This document shows, one piece after another, positions 6,323-15,705 of a DNA stretch of 23,090 nucleotides; position 1 is the stretch's first letter; every line of letters begins with the position of its first letter. The stretch lies in contig CAYYWO010000012.1 of the NCBI GenBank assembly GCA_964474885.1, positions 1 to 23,090 of the forward strand. The letters are read 5' to 3'. Source of the stretch: Candidatus Hadarchaeota archaeon (GTDB lineage: Archaea > Hadarchaeota > Hadarchaeia > Hadarchaeales > JAWBSP01). The translations under genes were made by a program, and so were the position numbers. The notes beneath the pieces were generated by a model. That model had not been told where the DNA came from. It worked only from the letters and a program-made list of their open reading frames with translations, and did no database searches.

Positions 6323-8398
6323 TTACCACTCTGGCGTCGGCAGCAGGTAGTAGTAGTTTGGATTTCCGCCTCTGCCGTATGGATTGTCGGGTGTGCGCTT
6401 CCAGTAGTCCTGGTAGCAGACCATCTCGGAAGTCATCTTGAGAACCAAGCTCCCACCGATACCACCGACAACGTAGTCTATCTTGGTTTCCGACTCGTCT
6501 CTCAAGGAGATGTTGTTCTTCGCCCAGTATCTCGTCATGGTTATAACGCCTTTACTGACGGTTCCGGTCATTCCTGCCACGTCTATCTTTGCGTTGCGGA
6601 TCTCAGTGATGATCTCTATCTTCCTCACGATCTCTTGTTCTCCCCAAGCGGTGATGTAGGCGGTTTCTTCGCCAACCTTAACCGTGAACCTTCCCTCACC
6701 GCTTATTTTCAGCACGTATTCCTGCCCCATGTATCTCGCCTTGGTCGTTATCTCATACTTTACCCAGTCTCCTGTGAACTCCGTTACGGGCCAGGCGAAG
6801 TTCTTGCCAGGCGGGGAGAGCCTAGTTACCGTGTCCTGTACCTCCTCATGGGCGACCATTGCTACAGTGTATGCCCACCACCTCTCTGCTCCTTTCTCAA
6901 ACGTCTGGTAGAGCAATTGGTACCATGCTTCTGGATTTTCAGCATCCTCGCTTACCCAGACCATACAAGGTGTTCCTTCATACTCCCTTGTACCTAGGTA
7001 AACGTACCTGCTGTAGAAGTGTCTCTCCACCCTGAAGTTGATCAATGGGATCTCGTAAAGATAGTCCGTTTTGTAGACCTGTGTCTCCCCCGGGACGTAC
7101 CTTTCCAAGGGAGTCAGCACTTTGAGGGTGGCAGACTTGTCGGCCACGGAGATGGTGTAAATACCTTCTTTTGTTACTTTCATTTCCTTCGTCACTTCCT
7201 TTCTCTCGTTGGGGCCAAAGCTCTCTGAGATGGAAATAGTCTTCTCCTCGGGCCCCTTGGCCAGGAGCTGGAAGCTCGCGCTCTGGCTGCTTGTGGTGTT
7301 GTTCTTCAAGACAAGCACTATCTCAACCGTCTCTCCTATCATGGCCACGTTGGGTATGGTGAGGCTCTCAACGGTAACTGGGGGTTTGGCCACTATGTTG
7401 GATGTGCAGCTTATCTGCTCTTCTCCAGTCCCGGCCGTTATTTTGAGTTGCTTGCCCTCCTCCTCTGCACTGGTTGTGTAGGTGAGTGTCCAGGTGTACT
7501 CTTCCCCCGCGTCCAGGGTCATCGTCCTGGATGGGTTTGCTTTCACCTCCCCTCCGACGGAAATGGTTGCACTCAGCGTGAGGCTACCCTTCATGTCCCC
7601 TGAGTTCTTGACGAGTATCTGGATCTTGTATTCTTCCTCGGTGTACATGAGGGCGGGAGCCTGGATGGACAGGTATTCCAGTTTTGGCGGCTTGGGCTTC
7701 CTGAGGATGAGCTCTGTGCTTGCATCCCCCAGCGAGACCGTAGCCCTCACGGACTCAGCACCCCCGAGCACCTTTTCCAGCTCGCTCTCCGTTAGGGTAA
7801 GCGTTAGCTCCTTCTCTGTCCCTGCTTTGATGGTAACGGGGATGAAGGACTTGGTCACTGTATCGTTTCCCCTGACCTGGACTGTACCCTCGTACGTGTT
7901 GTCCATCTCCCCCTCATTCCTAATCACTGCTATTACCTTCACGGGCTTGTTCGTTGGCGCCTCCTTTGGGGATACTGACAGGGTAGCCACGACGAACTTG
8001 GCAGGCAGGGGTTCTCTCACTTTTACCTCCCCGGTGAACCCGCCGACCTTGCATGAGTAGGTGCCGGCTGAGGCGATCCCGGGCAGCTGCAGATAGTAGG
8101 TATTCTCTCCTGGTGTTTTCACCTCCAGATCCACTTGGTAGCTCTGTTCCCCAACCTGAACGGTGACGGTGTAGATCCCGGCCTCAGGTGCCCTAGCAGT
8201 CACGTAAACTCCCCAAGCGGCCCCTTGGACGATCTCTCCGGTGGGCCAGGAGACATCCAGTATCTCCAGCCCTCCTCCAGGCGCTGCTTCTTCAGAGGGT
8301 TTCTGCTGCATTAGGTAGTACCCTGCTCCGGCCCCTATGACCACGACCAGGATAACGATGGGCAGGGCCTTTGAACCTCCGGCTTTTTTCCCTGGCAT
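6323..8398 (-). CDS. Large membrane-anchored surface protein with tandem Ig-like/CARDB domains and a C-terminal beta-rich domain
   Basis: Start reassigned to ATG 8398 (MPGKKAGG), which has GGAGG upstream and avoids overlapping the divergent gene. TM LPIVILVVVIGAGAGYYL. Repeated V.V...I.N.G motifs (IRNEG, VKNSG, LKNNT). Stop lies 3 bp before the peptidase start. Confidence 0.85.
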   Translation of the reverse strand: MPGKKAGGSKALPIVILVVVIGAGAGYYLMQQKPSEEAAPGGGLEILDVSWPTGEIVQGAAWGVYVTARAPEAGIYTVTVQVGEQSYQVDLEVKTPGENTYYLQLPGIASAGTYSCKVGGFTGEVKVREPLPAKFVVATLSVSPKEAPTNKPVKVIAVIRNEGEMDNTYEGTVQVRGNDTVTKSFIPVTIKAGTEKELTLTLTESELEKVLGGAESVRATVSLGDASTELILRKPKPPKLEYLSIQAPALMYTEEEYKIQILVKNSGDMKGSLTLSATISVGGEVKANPSRTMTLDAGEEYTWTLTYTTSAEEEGKQLKITAGTGEEQISCTSNIVAKPPVTVESLTIPNVAMIGETVEIVLVLKNNTTSSQSASFQLLAKGPEEKTISISESFGPNERKEVTKEMKVTKEGIYTISVADKSATLKVLTPLERYVPGETQVYKTDYLYEIPLINFRVERHFYSRYVYLGTREYEGTPCMVWVSEDAENPEAWYQLLYQTFEKGAERWWAYTVAMVAHEEVQDTVTRLSPPGKNFAWPVTEFTGDWVKYEITTKARYMGQEYVLKISGEGRFTVKVGEETAYITAWGEQEIVRKIEIITEIRNAKIDVAGMTGTVSKGVITMTRYWAKNNISLRDESETKIDYVVGGIGGSLVLKMTSEMVCYQDYWKRTPDNPYGRGGNPNYYYLLPTPEW

Positions 8399-8458
8399 TT
8401 TATTTCTCCTCCCTCTCTTTAAAAGAATAACCATTTTTGACTTGTCTCGAATTTTTGA

Positions 8459-9076
8459 GTGAAAAAGTGGGAGAGGATTTGCCGTCAAATTCTACACATG
8501 TTCTACAGTGAGGGTGAGAGGTTCTTCACCCAGAGCCAACTGTGCTCAGTTTGTTCGGTCTCACCTGGTGCGGTCTGCAGGCTTGTGGGCTGGTTGGAGC
8601 AAATAGGAGCTGTGGAGCGAAGGCCTCAGGGCTTCAGACTGGTGGATCCTCATAAGATCCTCATTAGCTGGGCAGTCAAACGCAACCTGATGGAGGATGT
8701 CAAGTACTGTACGCACGTTCCTTCTATCGCTCATGCGGAGGAGCTCTTGAGCAAAAAGGTGGTATTTACAGCTCACAGCGCCTACAAGCGCATCTTCAGG
8801 GAAGACCCCGGCTACGACAGGCTCTTCGTCTACGGTCGGCCTTCTGAGGTCAAACAAATGTTCCCTTCTAGGAGAGGGAGGAGGAACCTTTTCGTCCTGC
8901 CCTTGGATGAGCACCTGTCTCAGCTCTCTGAGGGTGGAAAGGTTCCCTTAGTTCAGCTCTATGTAGATCTCTGGCAGCTGGGCGCCACCAAGTTGCTTGA
9001 GCGTGTGGAACTGGAACTGGAGCAGAGGAGGTTGTCGGCCCTCGGGAAAATGATGGCGCCACCCCTTTCCTCTTGA
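8459..9076 (+). CDS. Winged-HTH protein with an AbiEi-antitoxin-like C-terminal domain (probable transcriptional regulator)
   Basis: 205 aa. HTH FTQSQLCSVCSVSPGAVCRLVGWLEQIGAV, LVDPHKILISW, FTAHSAY, and C-terminal VPLVQLYVDLW. Confidence 0.75.
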   Translation: MKKWERICRQILHMFYSEGERFFTQSQLCSVCSVSPGAVCRLVGWLEQIGAVERRPQGFRLVDPHKILISWAVKRNLMEDVKYCTHVPSIAHAEELLSKKVVFTAHSAYKRIFREDPGYDRLFVYGRPSEVKQMFPSRRGRRNLFVLPLDEHLSQLSEGGKVPLVQLYVDLWQLGATKLLERVELELEQRRLSALGKMMAPPLSS

Positions 9077-9151
9077 GATTTTTGTATCACTGCTTGGTTT
9101 CAGCCAGCGTGCATGAATTTCGGCCTTGTTCCAAATCGGTCTCAGCATGCA

Positions 9152-11239
9152 TCATTTTCTGCTAAAGTTGTTTTGCTGAGTCTTTTGGGAGATTAAATCC
9201 CATTCGGGTGGACGAACTGAAATTCGGTTCAGACCCTCCTCCAAACTCAGCTGCTTGCCCAAGATCTTCAACTCCTTCTTCCTGCGACTGTAGATCAAAA
9301 GTTCTCCAGATTTCTTCACCTCTCGTCTCGATATGCCTGCCGGGGGAAGGAGGAGAGGCTCGATTCCTAGAATCGCCACATCCCTGTGTACCGGAACACC
9401 TAGAATGATATCAGCTTCGAGTTCACGCAAGGTGATCTCCAGTTCTTTCTCAGAAAGGCACCGACGCTCCACGGCGTAGAGTACCCCCTCCTGTATACCC
9501 AGATCCGCAAGCTGCACCTTAACCTTCAGCGTAGCACCCTCCTTGCACAGGTTAAAGATCCCCAACACCCTAGCTTCTCCACACTTCCCGAGTACTTTGA
9601 GTGGGATGCGTTCTTGGTAGGGATCCCGGAAGAGTGAGTCTTGGGTTGGGAGGCAGGGGCCGTCGGTCACCGCGACGGTGCCGTCATCCAAGCAGAGCCT
9701 GCGCACGAGCTGTGGATTTATCTTTTCTGGTTCGTCCGTCAGGTATACGGGTCCGCCGCTGAGCACTCTTGACATGGCGTGGCAAAGGGCATACTTTCCG
9801 GAGCTCTCGAACATGTCGAAGTCGGGGACAGCTATGTGGGAAAGCCAGAGCGAGTTGTAGAAGCAAGCGAGCACCTGCTTCTTCTGGAGCTCCTTCAAGT
9901 CAGGCGGGTAGTCGAAGGAGGCCCTGCAGAGAGGGGTCCTGAAGTTGACCCAGCACTCAGGGGTGAGGGACATACAGTTCAGAATGGTGCAGAACTTGCG
10001 CTCCGAAGCTTCATGGATCCACTCCAGCATCTCATCCGTCAACCTCTCCACGGGCTCCACGTTCATGGCGCTCGGGAGGAGATCGAACTGATTGTCAACT
10101 TTGACGAAGTCCACCCCCCACTCTTTCATGAGCCTGTACCAACGCTGGAAGAACTCTCTTCCCGGCAGGTACCTCCCGTCGCTCCCCCTCGTGCATGACT
10201 CCAGCTCGCAGTCCGCGCCCATCCAATAACCCGTGAGGGCATGCCAGACGCCCACCTTCTCCACCCCCCTTGCCTTCATCTCTCTGATCAGAGATTTCAT
10301 GTCGAAGGAAGGTTGCATGGAGGCTAGCATCCGCCTTCTGTACTTGCCCCAGCCGTCGTCTATGAGGACAAACCCTAGCTTCACGCCTGCTCGCTTAAAG
10401 GCCCGGACACCCTCCAGCACTCTCTCGGGCTTTAAATCCAGGTAAAAGGCGTTCCAGGTGCACCAGCCCAGCTTCCGGAGGGGATTTTGTCTCCCCCTCT
10501 TCCTGATCCAGGGCTTTTCCACGGAGAGGATGCTGAAGGCCCTCGAGAGGGCTTCATGCGGATCCCCCCAAGTTATGATCGGGCCCGGGATGAAGGGGTA
10601 GTAGTCGCCCGGGTGGAAGGCCCATGCCTCGTGGGTGAGCCTCCCCTCCCACTTCAGCCTGCAGTGGTGCCCGTGAGCGGCGGCACTCAAGATGACGAGG
10701 GAAGGATCTCCCTGGGCTATGGCGAGGAAGCAGTGGTTGGGGAGCTCTTCCCAGCTCCTCACCCACTTGGGGAAGCTCCAGGGGGCATAGCCGCTGTTGG
10801 GGTGTGCGTGCCTGTGTAGGTATCTGATGAAGCTCCTGGGCCTGTGGAAGAAATAGGAGAGGTTGGAGGAGAGGAGTCGCAGGAAAAACTTGAGCTCCTT
10901 GAGGGAAGTGGGGAAGATCTTCTGTCCTTCTAGGGTGTTGTGGAAGCAAAGGATGCGTCCGGCTGGAAAGCTGGGCAGGTAGAAGCAGGCTGTGCGGTGG
11001 GAGAAAGGGGGAGGGAAGTCGTTTTTCAGCCAGAGGTAGCAACCATTCTCGTACTCTTTCACGTGCAGGAGCGCGCTGTTCTCACCCAGCCTGAAGGGGA
11101 TGGAGTGGAGCGTGTAGGGACCGGCCTGATCCCTCCCCCCTTTCTTCCTAGGTCTGAGCCTTATGCACCTCTCGCTCCAGACCGGTGAGGGGCGGTCCAG
11201 CTGGAATGAAATCTGGTCAAGGCTAAAGGGTAGAGGCAT
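9152..11239 (-). CDS. Sip1/raffinose synthase-family glycoside hydrolase (clan GH-D, GH36-like alpha-galactosidase)
   Basis: 695 aa. LGWCTWNAFY, VLIDDGW, GVWHALTGYW, DFVKVDNQ (nucleophile), RASFDY (acid/base), PDFDMFES and LSGGPVYLTD. Confidence 0.92.
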   Translation of the reverse strand: MPLPFSLDQISFQLDRPSPVWSERCIRLRPRKKGGRDQAGPYTLHSIPFRLGENSALLHVKEYENGCYLWLKNDFPPPFSHRTACFYLPSFPAGRILCFHNTLEGQKIFPTSLKELKFFLRLLSSNLSYFFHRPRSFIRYLHRHAHPNSGYAPWSFPKWVRSWEELPNHCFLAIAQGDPSLVILSAAAHGHHCRLKWEGRLTHEAWAFHPGDYYPFIPGPIITWGDPHEALSRAFSILSVEKPWIRKRGRQNPLRKLGWCTWNAFYLDLKPERVLEGVRAFKRAGVKLGFVLIDDGWGKYRRRMLASMQPSFDMKSLIREMKARGVEKVGVWHALTGYWMGADCELESCTRGSDGRYLPGREFFQRWYRLMKEWGVDFVKVDNQFDLLPSAMNVEPVERLTDEMLEWIHEASERKFCTILNCMSLTPECWVNFRTPLCRASFDYPPDLKELQKKQVLACFYNSLWLSHIAVPDFDMFESSGKYALCHAMSRVLSGGPVYLTDEPEKINPQLVRRLCLDDGTVAVTDGPCLPTQDSLFRDPYQERIPLKVLGKCGEARVLGIFNLCKEGATLKVKVQLADLGIQEGVLYAVERRCLSEKELEITLRELEADIILGVPVHRDVAILGIEPLLLPPAGISRREVKKSGELLIYSRRKKELKILGKQLSLEEGLNRISVRPPEWDLISQKTQQNNFSRK

Positions 11240-11386
11240 CCCATGCTTTAGAACACTCCCTTAACTAGCCTGCTTTAAGCACACTACTAGCTCCGAGACC
11301 GAATATCCTCACTGCACCGGATCGTGGAACCTCGATGGTAGCTGAATTAGGCCAACCTTTATAAAATACGCTAGCAGAAGAAGCAG

Positions 11387-11758
11387 CTATGGTGAAAACG
11401 GCACATACTGCATCAGCAGGAGCCCGTAGAAGAGGAAAAGAGAGAGGGAGAGGAGGGTGAGCAGGAAGTACTTGCGGTTCAGGGTTGAGTAGAGGGTGAG
11501 TACGAGCAGGAGGGATAGTCCCCCTAGGGCCTGCGTGCGATCCCCCATAAAAAGTCCTTTCAGCCAGAGCATCATCCCCAGCGAGAAGAGGAAGAGTTTG
11601 GAGAGAATATCGAATATCCTCTCCCCCAGCCTGAGCCTGGCAGCGTAGTTGGGGTCGAACCAGTGCCGAAGCATGGAGGAGTACAGAGCGGATCTTGCAA
11701 GCAAGCACAGGACAGCACCTGAGGCGAGCAAGAAGAGCATATCGATCAAGGGTGCCAC
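11387..11758 (-). CDS. Small integral membrane protein (about 4 TM helices)
   Basis: 123 aa Leu/Phe-rich ORF with a GTG start directly preceded by GGAG. Confidence 0.75.
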   Translation of the reverse strand: MAPLIDMLFLLASGAVLCLLARSALYSSMLRHWFDPNYAARLRLGERIFDILSKLFLFSLGMMLWLKGLFMGDRTQALGGLSLLLVLTLYSTLNRKYFLLTLLSLSLFLFYGLLLMQYVPFSP

Positions 11759-12124
11759 CTCCGTTCGTCTTCAGCGCCCATCAAAATTTCCATTGTTTGA
11801 AGTTGAGTTTTTGTCTTATAAAAGAACTTGGACCTAACGTCATGGTAGAGTGGAAAGCGATGGCGAAAATGAGAGCTTGGTCTTCTCAGACCATTCGTGG
11901 TCTGGGCTACAGGTGAGCGGAAGAAGATCAGGGGCAAATGTTGTCGTGAACAAAATTAGTTTATAGTGAATCCTCGCCCGTACCAGACGGAATGAGGCTG
12001 ATGAATAGGGCCATCAGAATTTTTGAAGCTACTTTTTCGGAAAGATTTTTGCCAGAAATAAAGGTAACGAAAAATAAGTAGGTCACAGAAAAGAAGAAAA
12101 ACCTAAAAGAATTATTTAGGAGAA

Positions 12125-12628
12125 ATGAAAACTCTGATAATTTGTGTTTCAACCCATCACGGCAACACAGAGAAAATAGCAAAGAAGATGGCAACGGTTC
12201 TGAACGCGAAATTGGCAAGGCCCGACGAAGTCAACATAAGCGAACTACCTGATTATGATTTGATTGGTTTTGGTTCGGGAATTTATCTCGGCAAGCATCA
12301 CAGAAGTTTGTTTGATCTGGTCGATAAACTGCCTGTCTTGAAAAACAAGAAGGCATTCGTTTTTGCTACAAGTGGTCTAGGGAATTGGCTAAACATTTTT
12401 AACAATATCCGGCATGGGACTACAAGTTTTCAAGATCCTCTGAAGAAAAAACTGTTGAAGAAAGGTTTTGACGTTATTGGCGAATTTTCCTGTAGAGGAT
12501 TCACTACGTTTGGGCTATTCAAGTTAATCGGTGGGATAAAAAAAGGCAGGCCAAACGAAGAAGATTTAAGGAACGCAGAAAATTTTGCAAGAAAATTGCA
12601 AGAAAAACTGCACAGATTCCCCGAATAG
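12125..12628 (+). CDS. Flavodoxin family protein
   Basis: 167 aa. STHHGNTEKIA FMN-phosphate loop, GFGSGIY, FATSG, FSCRGF and GRPNEEDL..AENFA. AGGAG RBS upstream. Confidence 0.92.
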   Translation: MKTLIICVSTHHGNTEKIAKKMATVLNAKLARPDEVNISELPDYDLIGFGSGIYLGKHHRSLFDLVDKLPVLKNKKAFVFATSGLGNWLNIFNNIRHGTTSFQDPLKKKLLKKGFDVIGEFSCRGFTTFGLFKLIGGIKKGRPNEEDLRNAENFARKLQEKLHRFPE

Positions 12629-12644
12629 GGTATTTACTTGGTAG

Positions 12645-12661
12645 TTACGGGCATAATTGCC
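12645..12661 (+). promoter_or_regulatory. Putative operator TTACGGGCATAATTGCC downstream of a TATA-like box
   Basis: Shares TTAYGKGCATA with 15715-15725, contains a GGCA/TGCC dyad, and follows TATTTACT at 12631. Confidence 0.3.
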
Positions 12662-12776
12662 AAATCATGTGATCCAACGTCTAGCTTTTGCTCGGGATAG
12701 AGCATTGCCGCCGAGAATTGAAAGTGAACGAAGAATCTTTTGGTAACCAAGTAAATGGTCAGGAAAGAGTGATAAG

Positions 12777-13628
12777 ATGAAAGTCTATCTTGAATGCGTC
12801 CCGTGCTTTTTGAGGCAAGCCTTGGAAGCGAGCAAAATGGCTACCAGAAATCCTCTCAGACGGGAAATGGCAGTTAAGGAAGTCCTGCGTCAGCTAGGAA
12901 AAATGTCCCTAAGGGACAAGACTCCGCCAGAAATAGGCTACATGGTGCACCGGGTGGTGAGAAAGGTTACGGGTAACCCAGATCCATACAGGAAAGTGAA
13001 AGACGAATTCAACCGCAAAGCCAAGCAGATGTATCCAAGCCTAAAGGATGAGGTGGAAAAGTCGCAACACCCGTTGCTCACGGCCACTAGAATTGCGATC
13101 GCGGGGAATATCATCGATTTCGGCCCAACTTCGAGGTTTGACCTCGAGCACACGATTCGGGACGTCCTCTCACGCGGATTTGCCATAGATCACTTCAAAC
13201 TTCTTGAAAAAGCCTTGGAAAAGGCGGAAACGGTGGCGTACCTGGGGGATAATGCCGGAGAGATCTTTTTTGACCGAGTGCTTTTGGAGGAGCTGGAAGG
13301 GAAACGAATTACATTCGTTGTCAAGGGCGGGCCACACATCAATGACGCAACGGTTGCGGATGCAAAATTTGCAGGTATTCACGAGATCGCCGAGATAAAG
13401 ACGGTGAGCAACGGGGAACCGGGAACTGGGCCGAGGAAGAACTCTAAACGCTTCATCAACTGGTTGAAAACGCAAGATGTCGTGATCAGCAAGGGGCAGG
13501 AAAACTACGAGTCCTTGAGTGAGGCGGATGCCAATATATTCTTCCTGCTTAGAGTGAAGTGCCCCATGATCGCCCGCGATATAGGTGCGCCTGCGGGAAG
13601 CACCATTGTCAAGCATGTGGGAAGGTGA
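12777..13628 (+). CDS. DUF89/ARMT1-like damage-control metal-dependent phosphatase
   Basis: 283 aa. EC.PC N-terminus, DPY..VK, AIAGNIIDF, LGDNAGEIFFD, INDAT, SKGQENYESL (usually KGQGN/AN) and LRVKC. Confidence 0.92.
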   Translation: MKVYLECVPCFLRQALEASKMATRNPLRREMAVKEVLRQLGKMSLRDKTPPEIGYMVHRVVRKVTGNPDPYRKVKDEFNRKAKQMYPSLKDEVEKSQHPLLTATRIAIAGNIIDFGPTSRFDLEHTIRDVLSRGFAIDHFKLLEKALEKAETVAYLGDNAGEIFFDRVLLEELEGKRITFVVKGGPHINDATVADAKFAGIHEIAEIKTVSNGEPGTGPRKNSKRFINWLKTQDVVISKGQENYESLSEADANIFFLLRVKCPMIARDIGAPAGSTIVKHVGR

Positions 13629-13797
13629 GCGAGTATCTCGTGCATTTCTCAACGAGTTCGGAAGGCGGGATATCTCTTCTAGGCTTGGCCAGATTTTACT
13701 AATCAATCTGCGTCTCCTGATGTTTCGCCTGCATAAGTTTTTTCATCCACCTCCACCTTGACATAACCAACTTAACTTGACAAGGGCGAGAAAAGAA

Positions 13798-14605
13798 ATG
13801 AAACAGATTGGGGAAGCGGACAGAGTAAAGATCACAGTGCTGGTTGAGGATTACGCTGGGTATGAGGGTTCGTTCTGGCTGAACACGGCGTCTCGTTTTT
13901 GGTGGAGGTTGTAGCTGGAAAAATCTCCAAGACCATCCTGTTCGATACGAGCCAATCCTCGGTACTGGTCTCCCACAACATGGAAATGCTGGGAATAGAG
14001 CCGAAATCCGTGGACCTCATCTTTCTATCCCACTGTCACTATGATCACACCGGGAGCCTAGTTGGGATGCTGAAAAAGATAAAAAAAAGAGAAGGGTTCT
14101 GATCATTGCCCATCCGAAGCTGTTCAGGCCTAGCTTCGCCTTGGAACCCCATCGCAGGTGGATAGGGATGACAGGGAAAACAGCAGGGCGAGCATAAAGA
14201 GGAATGGCGGACTACTGAAACTGGTGGATAAACCCACTTGAGCTAATGACGGGGGTGTTCTCCACCGGCGAGATAAGGAGAACAACCGATTTGGTCAACG
14301 TCAGGGACAAAGGTCTCTTCATAATCACTGGATGCTCACATGCCGGGATTGTGAACATAGTCAAGCACTCGATGACGGTGAGCGGGATAAGAAAGGTCAA
14401 GGCTGTGATCGGTGGTTTACACTTGATAGACGCAAGCGACGATAGGATCAAGAAAACGGTGAAAGGTTTGAGAGAACTCGGAGTTGAAAGGATCTACGCA
14501 GGGCACTGCACAGGGTTCAAAGCGGAGATGAAGCTTTTCAAGGAGTTCAGGAATAACTTCGAAAAGCTCCAGTGTGGAAAGGTGATCGACTCGGATAAAA
14601 TCTAA
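13798..14605 (+). pseudogene. MBL-fold metallohydrolase (COG1237, MJ0301-like), frameshifted and internally deleted
   Basis: MKQIGEADRVKITVLVEDYAG / AEHGVSFLVE..ILFDT..LSHCHYDHTG / VLIIAHP / STGEIRRTTD-LVNV..GLFIITGCSHAGIVN..IGGLHL..GHCTG. Several frame changes, and the segment carrying the DD.AL motif is absent between STGEI and LVNV. Confidence 0.88.
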
Positions 14606-14614
14606 TTCCCGATT

Positions 14615-15184
14615 TCAAATCGAATCGAGCAACTTTCTCAGTGTTCTATAATTTTCAACATCTTCTGTTCGGGTGAGCTGTGGTAGAGCAGTGCTACTTG
14701 GGGCCTAAAGGAACGATTTTTTTATAACCAATCGAGAAAACCCTCCGCAACCTCTGGGAAGTCCAGCTTGTCTTCAATTTCGAATTTCTTGGAAATGTAT
14801 CTGGCGGGGAAGTATCCCCAAGGTTGCTATGATGGTAGGTTTATGAGGTTCAGCTCCCGATCGAGATAGTGTGCACATGTTTCGATTCATCGGAGCGCGG
14901 TTTTCGGTTGTGAGGGAGAACACACTTGACGAGTTTGTCATGAATATCTCCTCTCTTGAGATGGATGCCTTTTTGAACAACCTGTCCAGTACCTTTCCGG
15001 AAGGGCCCACAAACATCCTACCCTCCCGGTCTTCGGTGTAGCCCGGAGCCTGCGCGATGATCATTAATTTTGAAGGGGTTACCCTCGCCGGAACCGCATG
15101 TGTTCTGGTTTTCCACAACCTACTTTTTTTGCAGTTCTTGATTTCCGGGTTCAGTCTTTTGAGTTCGTTTATTTTTTCGTGCAT
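14615..15184 (-). pseudogene. udg: Family 4 uracil-DNA glycosylase, multiply frameshifted
   Basis: CKKSRLWKTRTHAVP / AQAPGYTEDREGRMFVGPSGKVLD..IFMTN / VKC / NRKPR / YLDREL / IIATLG / YFPARYI ... ENYRTLRKLLDSI*, spread over all three frames. Confidence 0.88.
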
Positions 15185-15252
15185 TTTCAGGATCGGAAGA
15201 AAACAAGTTTTAACGTTCTTTTGGTTCTTCAGGACGGCGCACGATTGAGATG

Positions 15253-15595
15253 CTAAGCAGGGTCTCTCAGCTTTTCAAGCTCTTGCAAGGTTTTTCTGCA
15301 ATTACTTTCTGACTGTTGAAATGTTTTATCATCCTCGCCAAACATTTCTTCTTCGGGATTACCGAGGTACCTTGCGCAAGCTTCCATGAGTTTCTTTATC
15401 TTTTCGACATTGGATTTACAATTTCAGGTATTCTCTCGCTGTCATGCCTAACTGCCTGTTGCGGACAAACTTCGTGGCAAACACCACAGCGGATACACTT
15501 GTCTATGTTTATCTCTGCCTTACCGCTTTCCATTGATATCGCGTTCACCGGACACTTCTTTGACATATCCCACAGCCGATGCACCTATTAAATAG
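15253..15595 (-). pseudogene. 2x[4Fe-4S] ferredoxin-domain protein with a helical C-terminal tail, frameshifted
   Basis: RCIGCGIC / KKCPVNAISM..DKCIRCGVCHEVCPQQAVRHDSERIP / NVEKIKKLMEAC / CLARMIKHF..AEKTLQELEKL. No intact start. Confidence 0.85.
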
Positions 15596-15705
15596 CTTGT
15601 TTAGCCGGCCACACATTTCATGATTAAACCGGAAATCCGACCTTATCCATCGTTCATGAACAGTTACCAGTGCGCCAATCTGAAGATTTTGACAATTAAC
15701 GCAGC

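Noticed and set aside
8399-8488. N-terminal extension of the 721 aa ORF
   Set aside because: Overlaps the divergent wHTH gene. The GGAGG RBS and signal-anchor position support ATG 8398.
13629-13790. Minus-strand GGAGGTGG-ATG start (MKKLMQAKHQETQID*)
   Set aside because: Stops after 15 codons. Possibly a gene relic but unassignable.
14080-14092. Poly-A tract in the MBL gene as a programmed frameshift or phase-variation site
   Set aside because: The gene has several other lesions, including a large deletion, so slippage would not restore function.
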